A DNA stretch of 61,268 bases from an uncultured archaeon (lineage in GTDB: Archaea; Aenigmatarchaeota; Aenigmatarchaeia; QMZS01): assembly GCA_964547015.1 (NCBI GenBank), contig CAZJKT010000002.1, positions 5,841 to 67,108 on the forward strand. The letters are read 5' to 3'. The notes beneath the pieces are model-generated. The model saw only the letters and a list, made by a program, of their open reading frames with translations, had not been told where the DNA came from and ran no database searches. Each line of letters begins with the position of its first letter. The first letter of the stretch is position 1. Positions 46,090-54,478 of the stretch are shown in pieces. The position numbers and the translations under genes are program-made.

Positions 46090-46442
46090 AATAATCCCTG
46101 TTTTCCAATTTTACAGAAATAATGAGCGAGGTTTATGGACCCACTGGGAGTTGATTCCAGAACCCTTTCCGTTTTGGGGTTCAGACCTTTTTGGCCAATT
46201 TACCGGAAAAGGGTTGACCCAGAGTCTCCGCCATTTTCGAAGAATCTTTTTCTTTTGGGGTGAAGGCCTTTTCTTCAAAAGAAAAGGGATTCATGCGAAG
46301 GCGGCGTGTTGCCATTGCACCATGGGCCCATATATTATTAATGAAAATAACTACTTGAGCCTAAATTTTGGACCTGAAGAACACCCACTCTCAATCAATC
46401 AAAGCGGAGTGGAATTAACTTTTAAAAACAACCTTTTAAATT

Positions 46443-47225
46443 ATGGACGAATTATCAAGCCTCGAAAAAGAAATTGAAAATACACAGGTAATCCTGCTTG
46501 CCGGCGGACGTGCAAAAAGGATGGGCACAATAGACAAGCCAAAGGCCCTTTTGGAAATCAACGGAAGCACTCTTCTGGACGAAACCCTAAAATATCTCAC
46601 AAGCTGCGGATTCAAAGACTTTCGGTTTTTAATAGGCTACAAGGCTGAAGAAATAAAAAGCCATGTCGGTGACGGCTCAAAGTACGGAATAAAGGCAACC
46701 TATTCTGTTGAGCCCGAAACAATTAAGGGGAGGGCAAAGGCTATGAAATATGCTCTTGAAAACGGAAAAATAGACAAGACTAGGCGGGCATTAATATGCT
46801 TCCCCGACGACCTCTTCCTTGACCGAAGGCTTCCTATAAGGCTTTTGCTGCAGCACCTTCAGGGCGCGGAAGAGAAAGGAACCCTTGTAACTTTCTTATT
46901 AACTTCCGGCACAAATTACCCTTACGGAGTTGCCGAGCTAAACTCAGACATGCAAATAACAAAGTTTATTGAAAAGCCGTTTATCCCGCAATACACAAGC
47001 ACCGGCCAGTATATTATGGAGCCGGAAGTTTTTGGCAGAATTGAAAAAGAAATACAGCTTGAATCCAAAGAAAGCCCCGAGCTTGAGCACAATATTCTGC
47101 CAAGCCTCGCCTCTGAAGGAAGGATTCAGGGAATGGTTGTCCCCTCTTCAGTCTGGCACTCGGTCAATACCATGAAAGAAAAGGAGTCGGCAGAAAAAAT
47201 GCTTGCAAAAAGAAAAGGGCTTTAA
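46443..47225 (+). CDS. sugar-phosphate nucleotidyltransferase (NTP_transferase family)
   Basis: VILLAGGRAKRMG...KPKALLEING is the typical GxGxR(L) signature. Confidence 0.7.
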   Translation: MDELSSLEKEIENTQVILLAGGRAKRMGTIDKPKALLEINGSTLLDETLKYLTSCGFKDFRFLIGYKAEEIKSHVGDGSKYGIKATYSVEPETIKGRAKAMKYALENGKIDKTRRALICFPDDLFLDRRLPIRLLLQHLQGAEEKGTLVTFLLTSGTNYPYGVAELNSDMQITKFIEKPFIPQYTSTGQYIMEPEVFGRIEKEIQLESKESPELEHNILPSLASEGRIQGMVVPSSVWHSVNTMKEKESAEKMLAKRKGL

Positions 47226-47256
47226 TAAAGAGCTTTAATTAAATTCCAATCTTTTT

Positions 47257-47928
47257 ATGAAAGCGGCCCGCCTCTCCTCAAACTCAAAACATTTAGACGA
47301 GCTTTTGGGCGGCGGGATTGAAAATGGCGTGGTTACAAATTTCTACGGCCCGGCAGGTTCGGGAAAGACAAACCTGTGCCTGCTTTTTGCGCTTTCGGCC
47401 CTAAAAAGCGGAAAAGTTGCCTATGTTGACACAGAAAACGGATTTTCCACCGAAAGGTTTTTTCAGATGGGCGGAAGCGAAGAAGACCTCAAAAATATAA
47501 TCTATGAAAACCCGGGAAATTTTTCCGAGCAGGAAAAGTCCATCCAAAAGCTCAAAAAAATGGATGTTCGCCTGATTGTTGTCGATTCTTTTGTGTCCCT
47601 TTACCGGCTTGCCCTCTCCGATGAGAATGCAACAGAAGTCAACAAAAACCTTGCAAACCAGCTTGCCCTACTCTCTCAGCTCGCAAAGGAAAAAGATGCG
47701 CCCGCAATTATAACCAATCAAGTCTACAGCGTCAACTCAAACGAAATTGAGCTTTCGGGGCGGGATGTTGTAAAATACTGGAGCAAGTGCCTTGTTGAGC
47801 TTAAAAAAGTGGATGAGAACCGCAGGGTGGCAATATTGAGGCGGCACCGAAGCCTGCCTGAGGGCAAAAAGCTGGAGTTTGAATTAACCGCGACAGGAAT
47901 TGAAAAAGCGAAGTTCAAGATATTCTAA
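47257..47928 (+). CDS. radB: DNA repair/recombination protein RadB
   Basis: LDELLGGGIENGVVTNFYGPAGSGKTNLCL, Walker B LIVVDS, and a size of about 220 aa without the N-terminal HhH domain. Confidence 0.75.
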   Translation: MKAARLSSNSKHLDELLGGGIENGVVTNFYGPAGSGKTNLCLLFALSALKSGKVAYVDTENGFSTERFFQMGGSEEDLKNIIYENPGNFSEQEKSIQKLKKMDVRLIVVDSFVSLYRLALSDENATEVNKNLANQLALLSQLAKEKDAPAIITNQVYSVNSNEIELSGRDVVKYWSKCLVELKKVDENRRVAILRRHRSLPEGKKLEFELTATGIEKAKFKIF

Positions 47929-48212
47929 AAATTCAGTAAAGATGCAGATTCCCTCCCCCCAACAGTATTTAGGTGTTCGCTGATTAAAATATAATAGTAT
48001 CTGACTTCGCCCCTAACCCCTGCATATTCAAGATATATCTCCTTGTATTCTGGATTAAGCAACATTTCATCCAGCAGCCTCTCAACAGATAACAAGCGTT
48101 TCCTTGCTTCTATAGGGTCTTCTCTCCAACCGCCCCTTACCCTGTCCATAAGGATACCTATCCTTTCGGGGGGTGGAAGTGGCTTATATCCTAAATCGTA
48201 ACTCATAAGCAA
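47925..48212 (-). CDS. hypothetical protein
   Basis: ORF only. Confidence 0.35.
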   Translation of the reverse strand: MLMSYDLGYKPLPPPERIGILMDRVRGGWREDPIEARKRLLSVERLLDEMLLNPEYKEIYLEYAGVRGEVRYYYILISEHLNTVGGRESASLLNF

Positions 48213-48254
48213 TATACATTTAATTTAATGAAAATTGGCCATAATTCCTATATT

Positions 48255-48806
48255 CTACTCAAAAGACTTTACTTCATCAAATCCGCGACGAACCATCTCC
48301 AGATTCTTTTCTACAATCGGGCCGCCATACTTCTTGGAAAAAAGCCCCTCTGTAATCTTTAGCAGAGTATCTATCCTCACAGCCTTGCTTACCCGGGCAA
48401 ACGAACCGACCATTACAGTATTTGGAACCGCCTTTTGGAGAATATCATAGGAAATTGAGGTTGCATCAACCGAAAAATTTTTCCTGAAATGGCTTTTAGG
48501 CTCTTTTGAGTTAACTATCCCTATAGCGTCTTTCATTGTTATAAGGCTTAGCAGAGTGCTGTCGAGAACAACCACATAATCAGGGTTCAGAATTGGCTCG
48601 TGCGTCCTTATTTCCTTGTTTGAAATCCTTACAAAAGCCCTCGTAGGGGCGCCCCTTCTCTCAGGGCCATATTCCGGAAAGGCCTGGGCAAATTTTCCTT
48701 CCATCAGCGCAGCCTGAGCAACCAATTCTCCGGCAGTCTTGGCTCCCTGCCCTCCCCGGCCATATATCACCACCTCTACAATTCCACTATCTTTTTTATC
48801 AGGCAT
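48255..48806 (-). CDS. porG: 2-oxoacid:ferredoxin oxidoreductase gamma-subunit homolog (stand-alone)
   Basis: IYGRGGQGAKTAGELVAQAALMEGKFAQAFPEYGPERRGAP is the POR/KOR gamma signature. No alpha, beta or delta genes are nearby. Confidence 0.65.
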   Translation of the reverse strand: MPDKKDSGIVEVVIYGRGGQGAKTAGELVAQAALMEGKFAQAFPEYGPERRGAPTRAFVRISNKEIRTHEPILNPDYVVVLDSTLLSLITMKDAIGIVNSKEPKSHFRKNFSVDATSISYDILQKAVPNTVMVGSFARVSKAVRIDTLLKITEGLFSKKYGGPIVEKNLEMVRRGFDEVKSFE

Positions 48807-48812
48807 GATTAC

Positions 48813-49181
48813 CTATTTGTCGGGGAAACCTCGCCTCCCCTCCACTTCAATATAAAGCACCTCTTCCCCCTCGGAGAACTCCCTGTCTCCCGGAACGGAA
48901 AGGTCAAACATCTCATAAGACTCCAAATCCATAAGCTGGACAATATCTCCCTGAACGCTTACGACCTGAGCCTTTTTTTTCAAAATCATTGGTATATGAA
49001 TGCTTCCTGTAACCGGCTTTACAATACTCCTCTTTTTCCGGTCAAAAAGCCCGATAACTTCAATTCTTGCCTTGGCTTCGCCATGCTTTCCCGGCTTTGA
49101 TTTAACTAAATCGAGGATTTTGCATGCCTCTCCGTCAATCATAACATAGCTCCCAACCCTTAAATCTCTCATCTCAGCCAT
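48813..49181 (-). CDS. eif5a: translation initiation factor aIF-5A
   Basis: VGSYVMIDGEACKILDLVKSKPGKHGEAKARIEVIGLF contains the hypusine loop KPGKHG. Confidence 0.85.
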   Translation of the reverse strand: MAEMRDLRVGSYVMIDGEACKILDLVKSKPGKHGEAKARIEVIGLFDRKKRSIVKPVTGSIHIPMILKKKAQVVSVQGDIVQLMDLESYEMFDLSVPGDREFSEGEEVLYIEVEGRRGFPDK

Positions 49182-49289
49182 ATCTAGATTAGTTTTTTAA
49201 GAATTAATAGGTATTTGGGGGGTAATTTAATACTTGAGGCGATAGCAAGCTGCAATTGTGTGGGCTTAAATTAAAGCAGCATATACAAT

Positions 49290-50285
49290 CTAATCCGCAT
49301 CCAGCCTCCAATTAGGCCTAATATCCTCAGGGTAATTCCCAACCCCTCTTTTTAATCCCAAAAGGGCGCAGGCCGCAATCATTGCGCCGTTATCCCGGTT
49401 ATATTCCCCGGGAGCCGCATATAACTTAGCTCCCCTCTCACGGCACATAATTTCAAGCATTTCCTGCAGCCTTTTGTTTTGCGCAACCCCTCCGACTAAA
49501 AGAAGCTCTTTTTTCCCAACCGCGGCCATCGCCCTTTCCGCAGCCTCAGCAAGCATAGCAAAGCTGACTTCCTGAAATGAGTAACTTATATCCGCCTGGG
49601 CCTTTTTAGGGGATTTTTCAGCCATATTCTTGAACTTCCTTGTTGCATCTGCCACAAGCCCCGAAAAGTTCATATCCATGCCCTTAACATAGTATGGCAG
49701 GGGAACATACTCCCCGCCTCTCGCCAATCCCTCCACCTTTGGCCCGGCAGGAAATCTCAGCCCCATTGACCGGCCAAGCTTATCTATCGCATTCCCGATA
49801 CCTATATCCTGCGTTTCCCCCAAAATCCGATAATTGCCCCCGATATCCAAGAAAACAACCTGTGTATTGCCCCCTGAAACATAAAGGACAACCGGGTCGG
49901 CTATCGGGAGAAGAAATTTTCCAATCTCAATATGCGCCCGGCAGTGGTTTACACCTATAAGGGGCTTTTTGAGGCTTTCTGCAAGGTTTTTGGCAATTTT
50001 AAGGCCGACAGACAGGCTTGGGGCAAGCCCCGGCCCCTGGGAAAACCCAATTAAGTCAATTTCTTTGGCTCTAATCTGCCCTTCTGCCTCCTTAAGAACT
50101 AAAGGCGCATTTTCCTCCAAAAAACGGGCGCACTCTGCAGGGATTATACCCTCCTTTTCAGGTCGATAGGATAGGCTCCTATTAATCTCAATGCAATTCT
50201 CTCCGGTCTTTTCATCAAAAGCTGCAATCCCCACCCCAAAAGTATGGGCGGTGCACTCAAGTCCTATTGCTCTCATATTATTCAA
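49290..50285 (-). CDS. kae1: tRNA N6-adenosine threonylcarbamoyltransferase Kae1
   Basis: GLECTAHTFGVGIA..., VNHCRAHIEIG and the ASKHA fold. It is not fused to Bud32. Confidence 0.85.
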   Translation of the reverse strand: MNNMRAIGLECTAHTFGVGIAAFDEKTGENCIEINRSLSYRPEKEGIIPAECARFLEENAPLVLKEAEGQIRAKEIDLIGFSQGPGLAPSLSVGLKIAKNLAESLKKPLIGVNHCRAHIEIGKFLLPIADPVVLYVSGGNTQVVFLDIGGNYRILGETQDIGIGNAIDKLGRSMGLRFPAGPKVEGLARGGEYVPLPYYVKGMDMNFSGLVADATRKFKNMAEKSPKKAQADISYSFQEVSFAMLAEAAERAMAAVGKKELLLVGGVAQNKRLQEMLEIMCRERGAKLYAAPGEYNRDNGAMIAACALLGLKRGVGNYPEDIRPNWRLDAD

Positions 50286-50340
50286 AACTTATTAAAAAGT
50301 TATGCTGTTGTCTCATATTTATTAAATTCGAGAAAATATT

Positions 50341-50784
50341 ATGATAGTCCCGATTAGAGTAGTGATAGGAAGGGAAAAAATTGCCCTGAAATATATTGAG
50401 GATGAAATAAAGCTCAGAAACCTCGATATAAGCGCAATACTCTATCTAGATGAGCTTAAAGGCTATATCTTCCTTGACGGGGAGCAAGAAGACATCAACC
50501 GCGCAATATACGGCGCTCCACATGTAAAGGGAATCATAAAAAAGCCGGTTACTGTTCAAGACATCCGAAAATACCTTGAAAAGGAAAAGCCTTCTATTGA
50601 GCTGGATATGGGGGATATTATTGAAATCCTTAACGGACCGTTTAAAGGCGAAAAAGGAAGAATTGTGCGGCTAAATGAAGCTAAAAAAGAGGTGACAATT
50701 GAGCTTTTGGAGGCGGTAGTCCCAATACCCCTTACAATCTCCACAAGCATTATACGGGTTATAGAGAAAAACAAAAGCGCCTAA
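50341..50784 (+). CDS. spt5: transcription elongation factor Spt5 (NusG)
   Basis: An NGN domain, then the KOW segment GDIIEILNGPFKGEKGRIVRL. Confidence 0.8.
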   Translation: MIVPIRVVIGREKIALKYIEDEIKLRNLDISAILYLDELKGYIFLDGEQEDINRAIYGAPHVKGIIKKPVTVQDIRKYLEKEKPSIELDMGDIIEILNGPFKGEKGRIVRLNEAKKEVTIELLEAVVPIPLTISTSIIRVIEKNKSA

Positions 50785-50842
50785 TCGGGCTTTTGTATAG
50801 CTTATAGACTAATATTAACAGACCTATCAAAACAAAAATAAA

Positions 50843-51631
50843 TTATCGAACCAACAGGAAGTTAGGCCTCATCCCAAGAGTTCTTACCCATGCGAAAAGA
50901 TTATCTAAAAATTCGCTAAGAGTGTGCGAACTTCTCCTCACAGGTGATTTTATTGAAGTCAATGTGCAGACCTCGTTGTTTCCGTCCCCAGTCACATCAA
51001 TGCAGACGCATTCCCTGCCCACAGCATTTTCCTCTCCGCAGGGAGTTGCGTCAAAACATTCAAGGCAGTTTCTTGGGGCAGGTGTTTGGGGCCGTGGCGT
51101 CTGAGGCATACTCATCATAAGCTGGCAGATTTCCATATTACCGTCATTATTGATATCCCGGCAAGTGCACTGAAAATTATTTGCGTTTGTCTCTCCGCAG
51201 GGAGTTCCGTCAGCGCACTCTGCGCACTGCGGCATTTGCGGTGTGTTTGAAGGGTTTGTCCTCAAAAAGCAGATTTCGGTATTCCCGTCCCTGTTTGTGT
51301 CAATGCAATGGCAAAGCTGATTTCTTGCATTAGTGTCTCCGCAGGGAGTTCCGTCAGCGCATTCAGAGCATATAGGCATTGATCCCATTCCGCAGCAAGC
51401 CATACACTCTCCGTTCCTGCAAACAGTTGAAACTGAGCTTGATTCACAAGTCAGGCTGTGCTCGGTTCCATCGCAGATTATCACGCAGTCTCCGTTCACG
51501 CAATTTGAGCTTATGCTTGAGCATTCCAGATTCAGGCAGTTATCCTGTCCTTGCGCTAAAACCACTGAGGATGCCGCCGCAAACACTAACATAGCTATAC
51601 AAGTCATTAAAAATTGCCTTTGTATATTCAT
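50843..51631 (-). CDS. secreted Cys-rich repeat protein with DxNxDGNxE (Ca-binding-like) loops
   Basis: Signal peptide MNIQRQFLMTCIAMLVFAAASSVVLAQG. Three repeats of about 45 aa: C(S/A/L)EC(A/F)D(G/A)TPCG(D/E)(T/E)NA...C.C.D.(N/T).DGN.E.C.L. Confidence 0.6.
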   Translation of the reverse strand: MNIQRQFLMTCIAMLVFAAASSVVLAQGQDNCLNLECSSISSNCVNGDCVIICDGTEHSLTCESSSVSTVCRNGECMACCGMGSMPICSECADGTPCGDTNARNQLCHCIDTNRDGNTEICFLRTNPSNTPQMPQCAECADGTPCGETNANNFQCTCRDINNDGNMEICQLMMSMPQTPRPQTPAPRNCLECFDATPCGEENAVGRECVCIDVTGDGNNEVCTLTSIKSPVRRSSHTLSEFLDNLFAWVRTLGMRPNFLLVR

Positions 51632-51804
51632 AATATTATATATTATATTTATTGAGTCACTTATTCCTTCAGTTTATGGGTTATGGATAATGAATTAAGC
51701 GTTCTACACTACCGCCAACTCGCGCTACTATCCGAAAAAATACCCGGCCCACCCATAAACAAAAAATCATGCAAGCGGATATATATGTATATGCATATTA
51801 TCTT

Positions 51805-53040
51805 ATGAGGATTGCCTACTTCGTTTGGGAGTACCCTCCCCTGATAGTCGGCGGGCTAGGCACTTACGCATCCCAAATGGTTCCCCAATTGGAGCTTTTG
51901 GGAAACACTATTGATGTTTTTACAATTAATGACGGAAGCCTCAATAGATGCGAAAAAAAAGGCAACATACAAATACATCGGCCCATTCTCCTAAGGGGAG
52001 CCGAAACCCTCAAAAAAATTTCCTGCGAAGAGCTCAAAAAGTGGGGGGACAACGGCGAGCTTTTCAATAAAATATTCTCATATAATTACCTTTCGGCATC
52101 CAAATTCATAAGCGAGCTTTCCAAGAAAGAAAAATATGACCTTGTTGTCGTGAACGATTGGCTGTCCGCCATCTCCGGCCTGCTTATCAAAGAAAATATG
52201 GATATGCCTGTAGTATTCCATGTCCACTCAACCGAACAGCAAAGGTCAGGCGGGGGCAGTGAACTCATCCGCGGCCTTGAAAGAGAAATGTATTTCCAAT
52301 CGGACCTTGTAATAACAGTTTCTAAGGCTATGAAGGAGCACCTGATAAGCATCGGATGCCCCGAAGAAAAGCTGAATTCTGTATGGAACGGATGCGTCCC
52401 TGAAGAGTACAGCGAAAAGCGCGTGAACAGCGAAACCCTAAAAAGCCTTATTGAGAGATATGATATTCGGGATGATGAAAAAATCGCGCTTTTTGTCGGA
52501 AGGCTGACTTCTGTAAAGGGAGCAGTAAGCTTAGTGAAAGGCTTTCCAAAAGTCCTAAAGGAATTTCCAAACACCAAATTAATTATACTGGGCATGGGTG
52601 AAGATGAAGGCGAAATATCGAGGATAATTAAAGAGCAGGGAATGGAAGATAAAGTTAGGCTCAGGACAGAATTTGTATCTGTTGAGGAGCGGATCACTCA
52701 TTATGCCCTAGCCGACCTGTGTGTTTTTCCAAGCACCTCCGAGCCTTTCGGCCTTGTTTCGCTTGAGGCGATGTGCATGGAAAGGCCGATTGTTGTTGGG
52801 GCCTCAGGAATTTCCGGGTTTAGGGAGCAGGTCATCCCCGAAGGCCCTGAGCAGACCGGCGTCCATGTTGACGGAAACAGCTCCGATGACATTGCATGGG
52901 GAATAAAAGAGCTTTTGGGGGACTGGGAAGAGGCGATTAGAATGGGCAAGCGGGGAAGGAAAAGGGCCGAGAAAATATTCAACATAAAAAAAGTTGCCCA
53001 AGACACAAACTTCTTGTATGAGGAGGCCGCCGGAATTTAA
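51805..53040 (+). CDS. GT4/GT5-type glycosyltransferase (archaeal glycogen-synthase-like)
   Basis: MRIAYFVWEYPPLIVGGLGTYA... and the C-terminal PSTSEPFGLVSLEAMCMERPIV. The start is taken at the ATG at 51805. Confidence 0.65.
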   Translation: MRIAYFVWEYPPLIVGGLGTYASQMVPQLELLGNTIDVFTINDGSLNRCEKKGNIQIHRPILLRGAETLKKISCEELKKWGDNGELFNKIFSYNYLSASKFISELSKKEKYDLVVVNDWLSAISGLLIKENMDMPVVFHVHSTEQQRSGGGSELIRGLEREMYFQSDLVITVSKAMKEHLISIGCPEEKLNSVWNGCVPEEYSEKRVNSETLKSLIERYDIRDDEKIALFVGRLTSVKGAVSLVKGFPKVLKEFPNTKLIILGMGEDEGEISRIIKEQGMEDKVRLRTEFVSVEERITHYALADLCVFPSTSEPFGLVSLEAMCMERPIVVGASGISGFREQVIPEGPEQTGVHVDGNSSDDIAWGIKELLGDWEEAIRMGKRGRKRAEKIFNIKKVAQDTNFLYEEAAGI

Positions 53041-53055
53041 ATAAATTTTGAAGTC

Positions 53056-53111
53056 TGCGCTGGCAGGGATTACGATAATTGCGTTTATGCGCCAACCTGT
53101 AGTTATCCGGC
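53056..53111 (-). pseudogene. decayed copy of the 3' half of tRNA-Gly(GCC) (putative distal att repeat)
   Basis: The minus strand reads GCCGG-ATAACTA-CAGGT-TGGCGCATAAACGCAATTA-TCGTAATCCCTGCCAGCGCA. The intact tRNA reads GCCGG-CGAC-CCGGG-[intron]-TTCGAATCCCGGCCAGCGCA. The last 16 nt match 15/16, in the same orientation. Confidence 0.6.
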
Positions 53112-53140
53112 ATGTTTAATAAACATTATCAACCGGGGGC

Positions 53141-54286
53141 TTAAACTAGCGTTCTCACGGCCCATTCCGTAAAATCCTTGAAAAAGCTGCACTTTTCAGG
53201 ATCATTTACCAGTTGACCGCAATTGGCATGCCTCTTCATGCTTTGCATCGGGCAAATGCCTCCACAGATAAAAACCGCAATGCAGTCCCTGCAACTTTCG
53301 TTATCCAAAACAGACCTTGAAAACCAGTTTTGCAGACTCTCTGAGTCTAAGTCTTTTCTGGATCTCAAAGTTTCATCGAATATGTCCCTGCCAAAATAGA
53401 TAGTGCAGTAGCCAAGTCTGCCATCCGCAGTGACAACAAGCGTGGCGGTATCAAAGTCCGAGGCGCAGGTTCTTAGAGCAGTAGATTGATATTTTAGTGC
53501 GCTGACGACCTGGGAAGCCGGAGAATTCAGCTTAATTCCTTCCTTTTCGCAAAAAAGAAGGACACTTTTCATTTTTTCCGAAAACAATTTTCCATTTACG
53601 CCCCAGCCATAGTCGTACTGGGGCCTATTGACCGTCAGCGAATCCGGTTTAAGTTCCAATACAGCCCACCTGCAAATTTTATCCAAATTATTCAGAGTCG
53701 CCTCCGAAGGGGTAATTAGTATAAAGTTCTCGACTTCGTTTGACTTAAGCAGATTAAAGCCTTTCAATGAAACTTCAAACGTGCTTCTGCCGTCGGAAAA
53801 CCTTCGATTCATATCATTTACTTCCCTGGGGCCGTCAAGCGAAACGCCCACCCGAAAGTTGTGCTTCTTAAAATACCCGACTTTATCATCGTCTATGAGG
53901 GAGCCATTTGTAGTAATATGATACTTTGGAATCAAATCGCCTTTATTTGAATCTACATAATCCACAGACCTTTGAATGATATCGAACTTCAGCAATGGCT
54001 CTCCTCCAAAAAAGTGGATGTGTATTCCTTTATCTTTGGCATCTTTGTTATGCCTTATGAGCAATTCAAGGGCTTTCCTTAAGGAATCCCAATCCAACTC
54101 TCCCTCCAATTTTTTTGGAGATTCAAAGCAATAAGTGCAATTGTAATTACATTTTTCAGTCAAAACCAATCTGAGATGATTCACCCTCACTTTTGAATGC
54201 TTGACCTGTGCCAGCCTATCTATAAAGAATTCATCTTCCGAGAAATCGGCATCCACAAGAAGGCCATTTTCAACCAGAAAGTCCAA
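53141..54286 (-). CDS. radical SAM enzyme with a complete C-terminal SPASM domain (peptide-maturase type)
   Basis: CNYNCTYCF (CxxxCxxC). SPASM motifs: C-x14-G-x4-C (CASDFDTATLVVTADGRLGYC), CRDCIAVFICGGIC (Cx2Cx5Cx3C), and a further Cys. The only available start is TTG, which is in frame with the upstream small ORF across one TAA. Confidence 0.8.
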   Translation of the reverse strand: MDFLVENGLLVDADFSEDEFFIDRLAQVKHSKVRVNHLRLVLTEKCNYNCTYCFESPKKLEGELDWDSLRKALELLIRHNKDAKDKGIHIHFFGGEPLLKFDIIQRSVDYVDSNKGDLIPKYHITTNGSLIDDDKVGYFKKHNFRVGVSLDGPREVNDMNRRFSDGRSTFEVSLKGFNLLKSNEVENFILITPSEATLNNLDKICRWAVLELKPDSLTVNRPQYDYGWGVNGKLFSEKMKSVLLFCEKEGIKLNSPASQVVSALKYQSTALRTCASDFDTATLVVTADGRLGYCTIYFGRDIFDETLRSRKDLDSESLQNWFSRSVLDNESCRDCIAVFICGGICPMQSMKRHANCGQLVNDPEKCSFFKDFTEWAVRTLV

Positions 54287-54292
54287 AGTCTC

Positions 54293-54478
54293 TTAGGCCA
54301 TAACAGATTTTCCAAGATTATCCGGGCATATTGCCTGTGATTTCTCAAAGCACTTCAGTAGCTTTTTTAATTCTTTGTCACATGAATAAATTGATAGATA
54401 TGTTCTATGGAATAGAATACAACCATCACCCTTATCGAATATTCTCACAAACGGAGAAAGCTTAAAATTTCTCCCCAT
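54293..54478 (-). CDS. small protein, possibly a PqqD/RRE-like peptide-recognition module (or the detached N-terminus of the SPASM enzyme)
   Basis: MGRNFKLSPFVRIFDKGDGCILFHRTYLSIYSCDKELKKLLKCF resembles the beta-strands plus helix at the start of PqqD-like domains. It is in frame with 53141..54286. The alternative start at 54508 overlaps the upstream gene. Confidence 0.35.
   Translation of the reverse strand: MGRNFKLSPFVRIFDKGDGCILFHRTYLSIYSCDKELKKLLKCFEKSQAICPDNLGKSVMA

Noticed and set aside
45983-46477. 164-aa plus-strand ORF spanning the 46090-46442 spacer
   Set aside because: It overlaps the 3' end of the NTase gene and the 5' end of the sugar nucleotidyltransferase gene in other frames. 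It is Trp/Phe/Arg-rich and unprotein-like. The spacer is treated instead as possibly non-coding RNA.
54293-54295. Genome-wide reassignment of TAA as a sense codon
   Set aside because: Other well-supported genes in the window terminate at TAA at the expected protein ends, for example rrp42 at 1385-1387 and the B12 radical-SAM gene at 54462-54464. The in-frame TAA is therefore a local event (mutation, readthrough or true gene boundary), not a code change.
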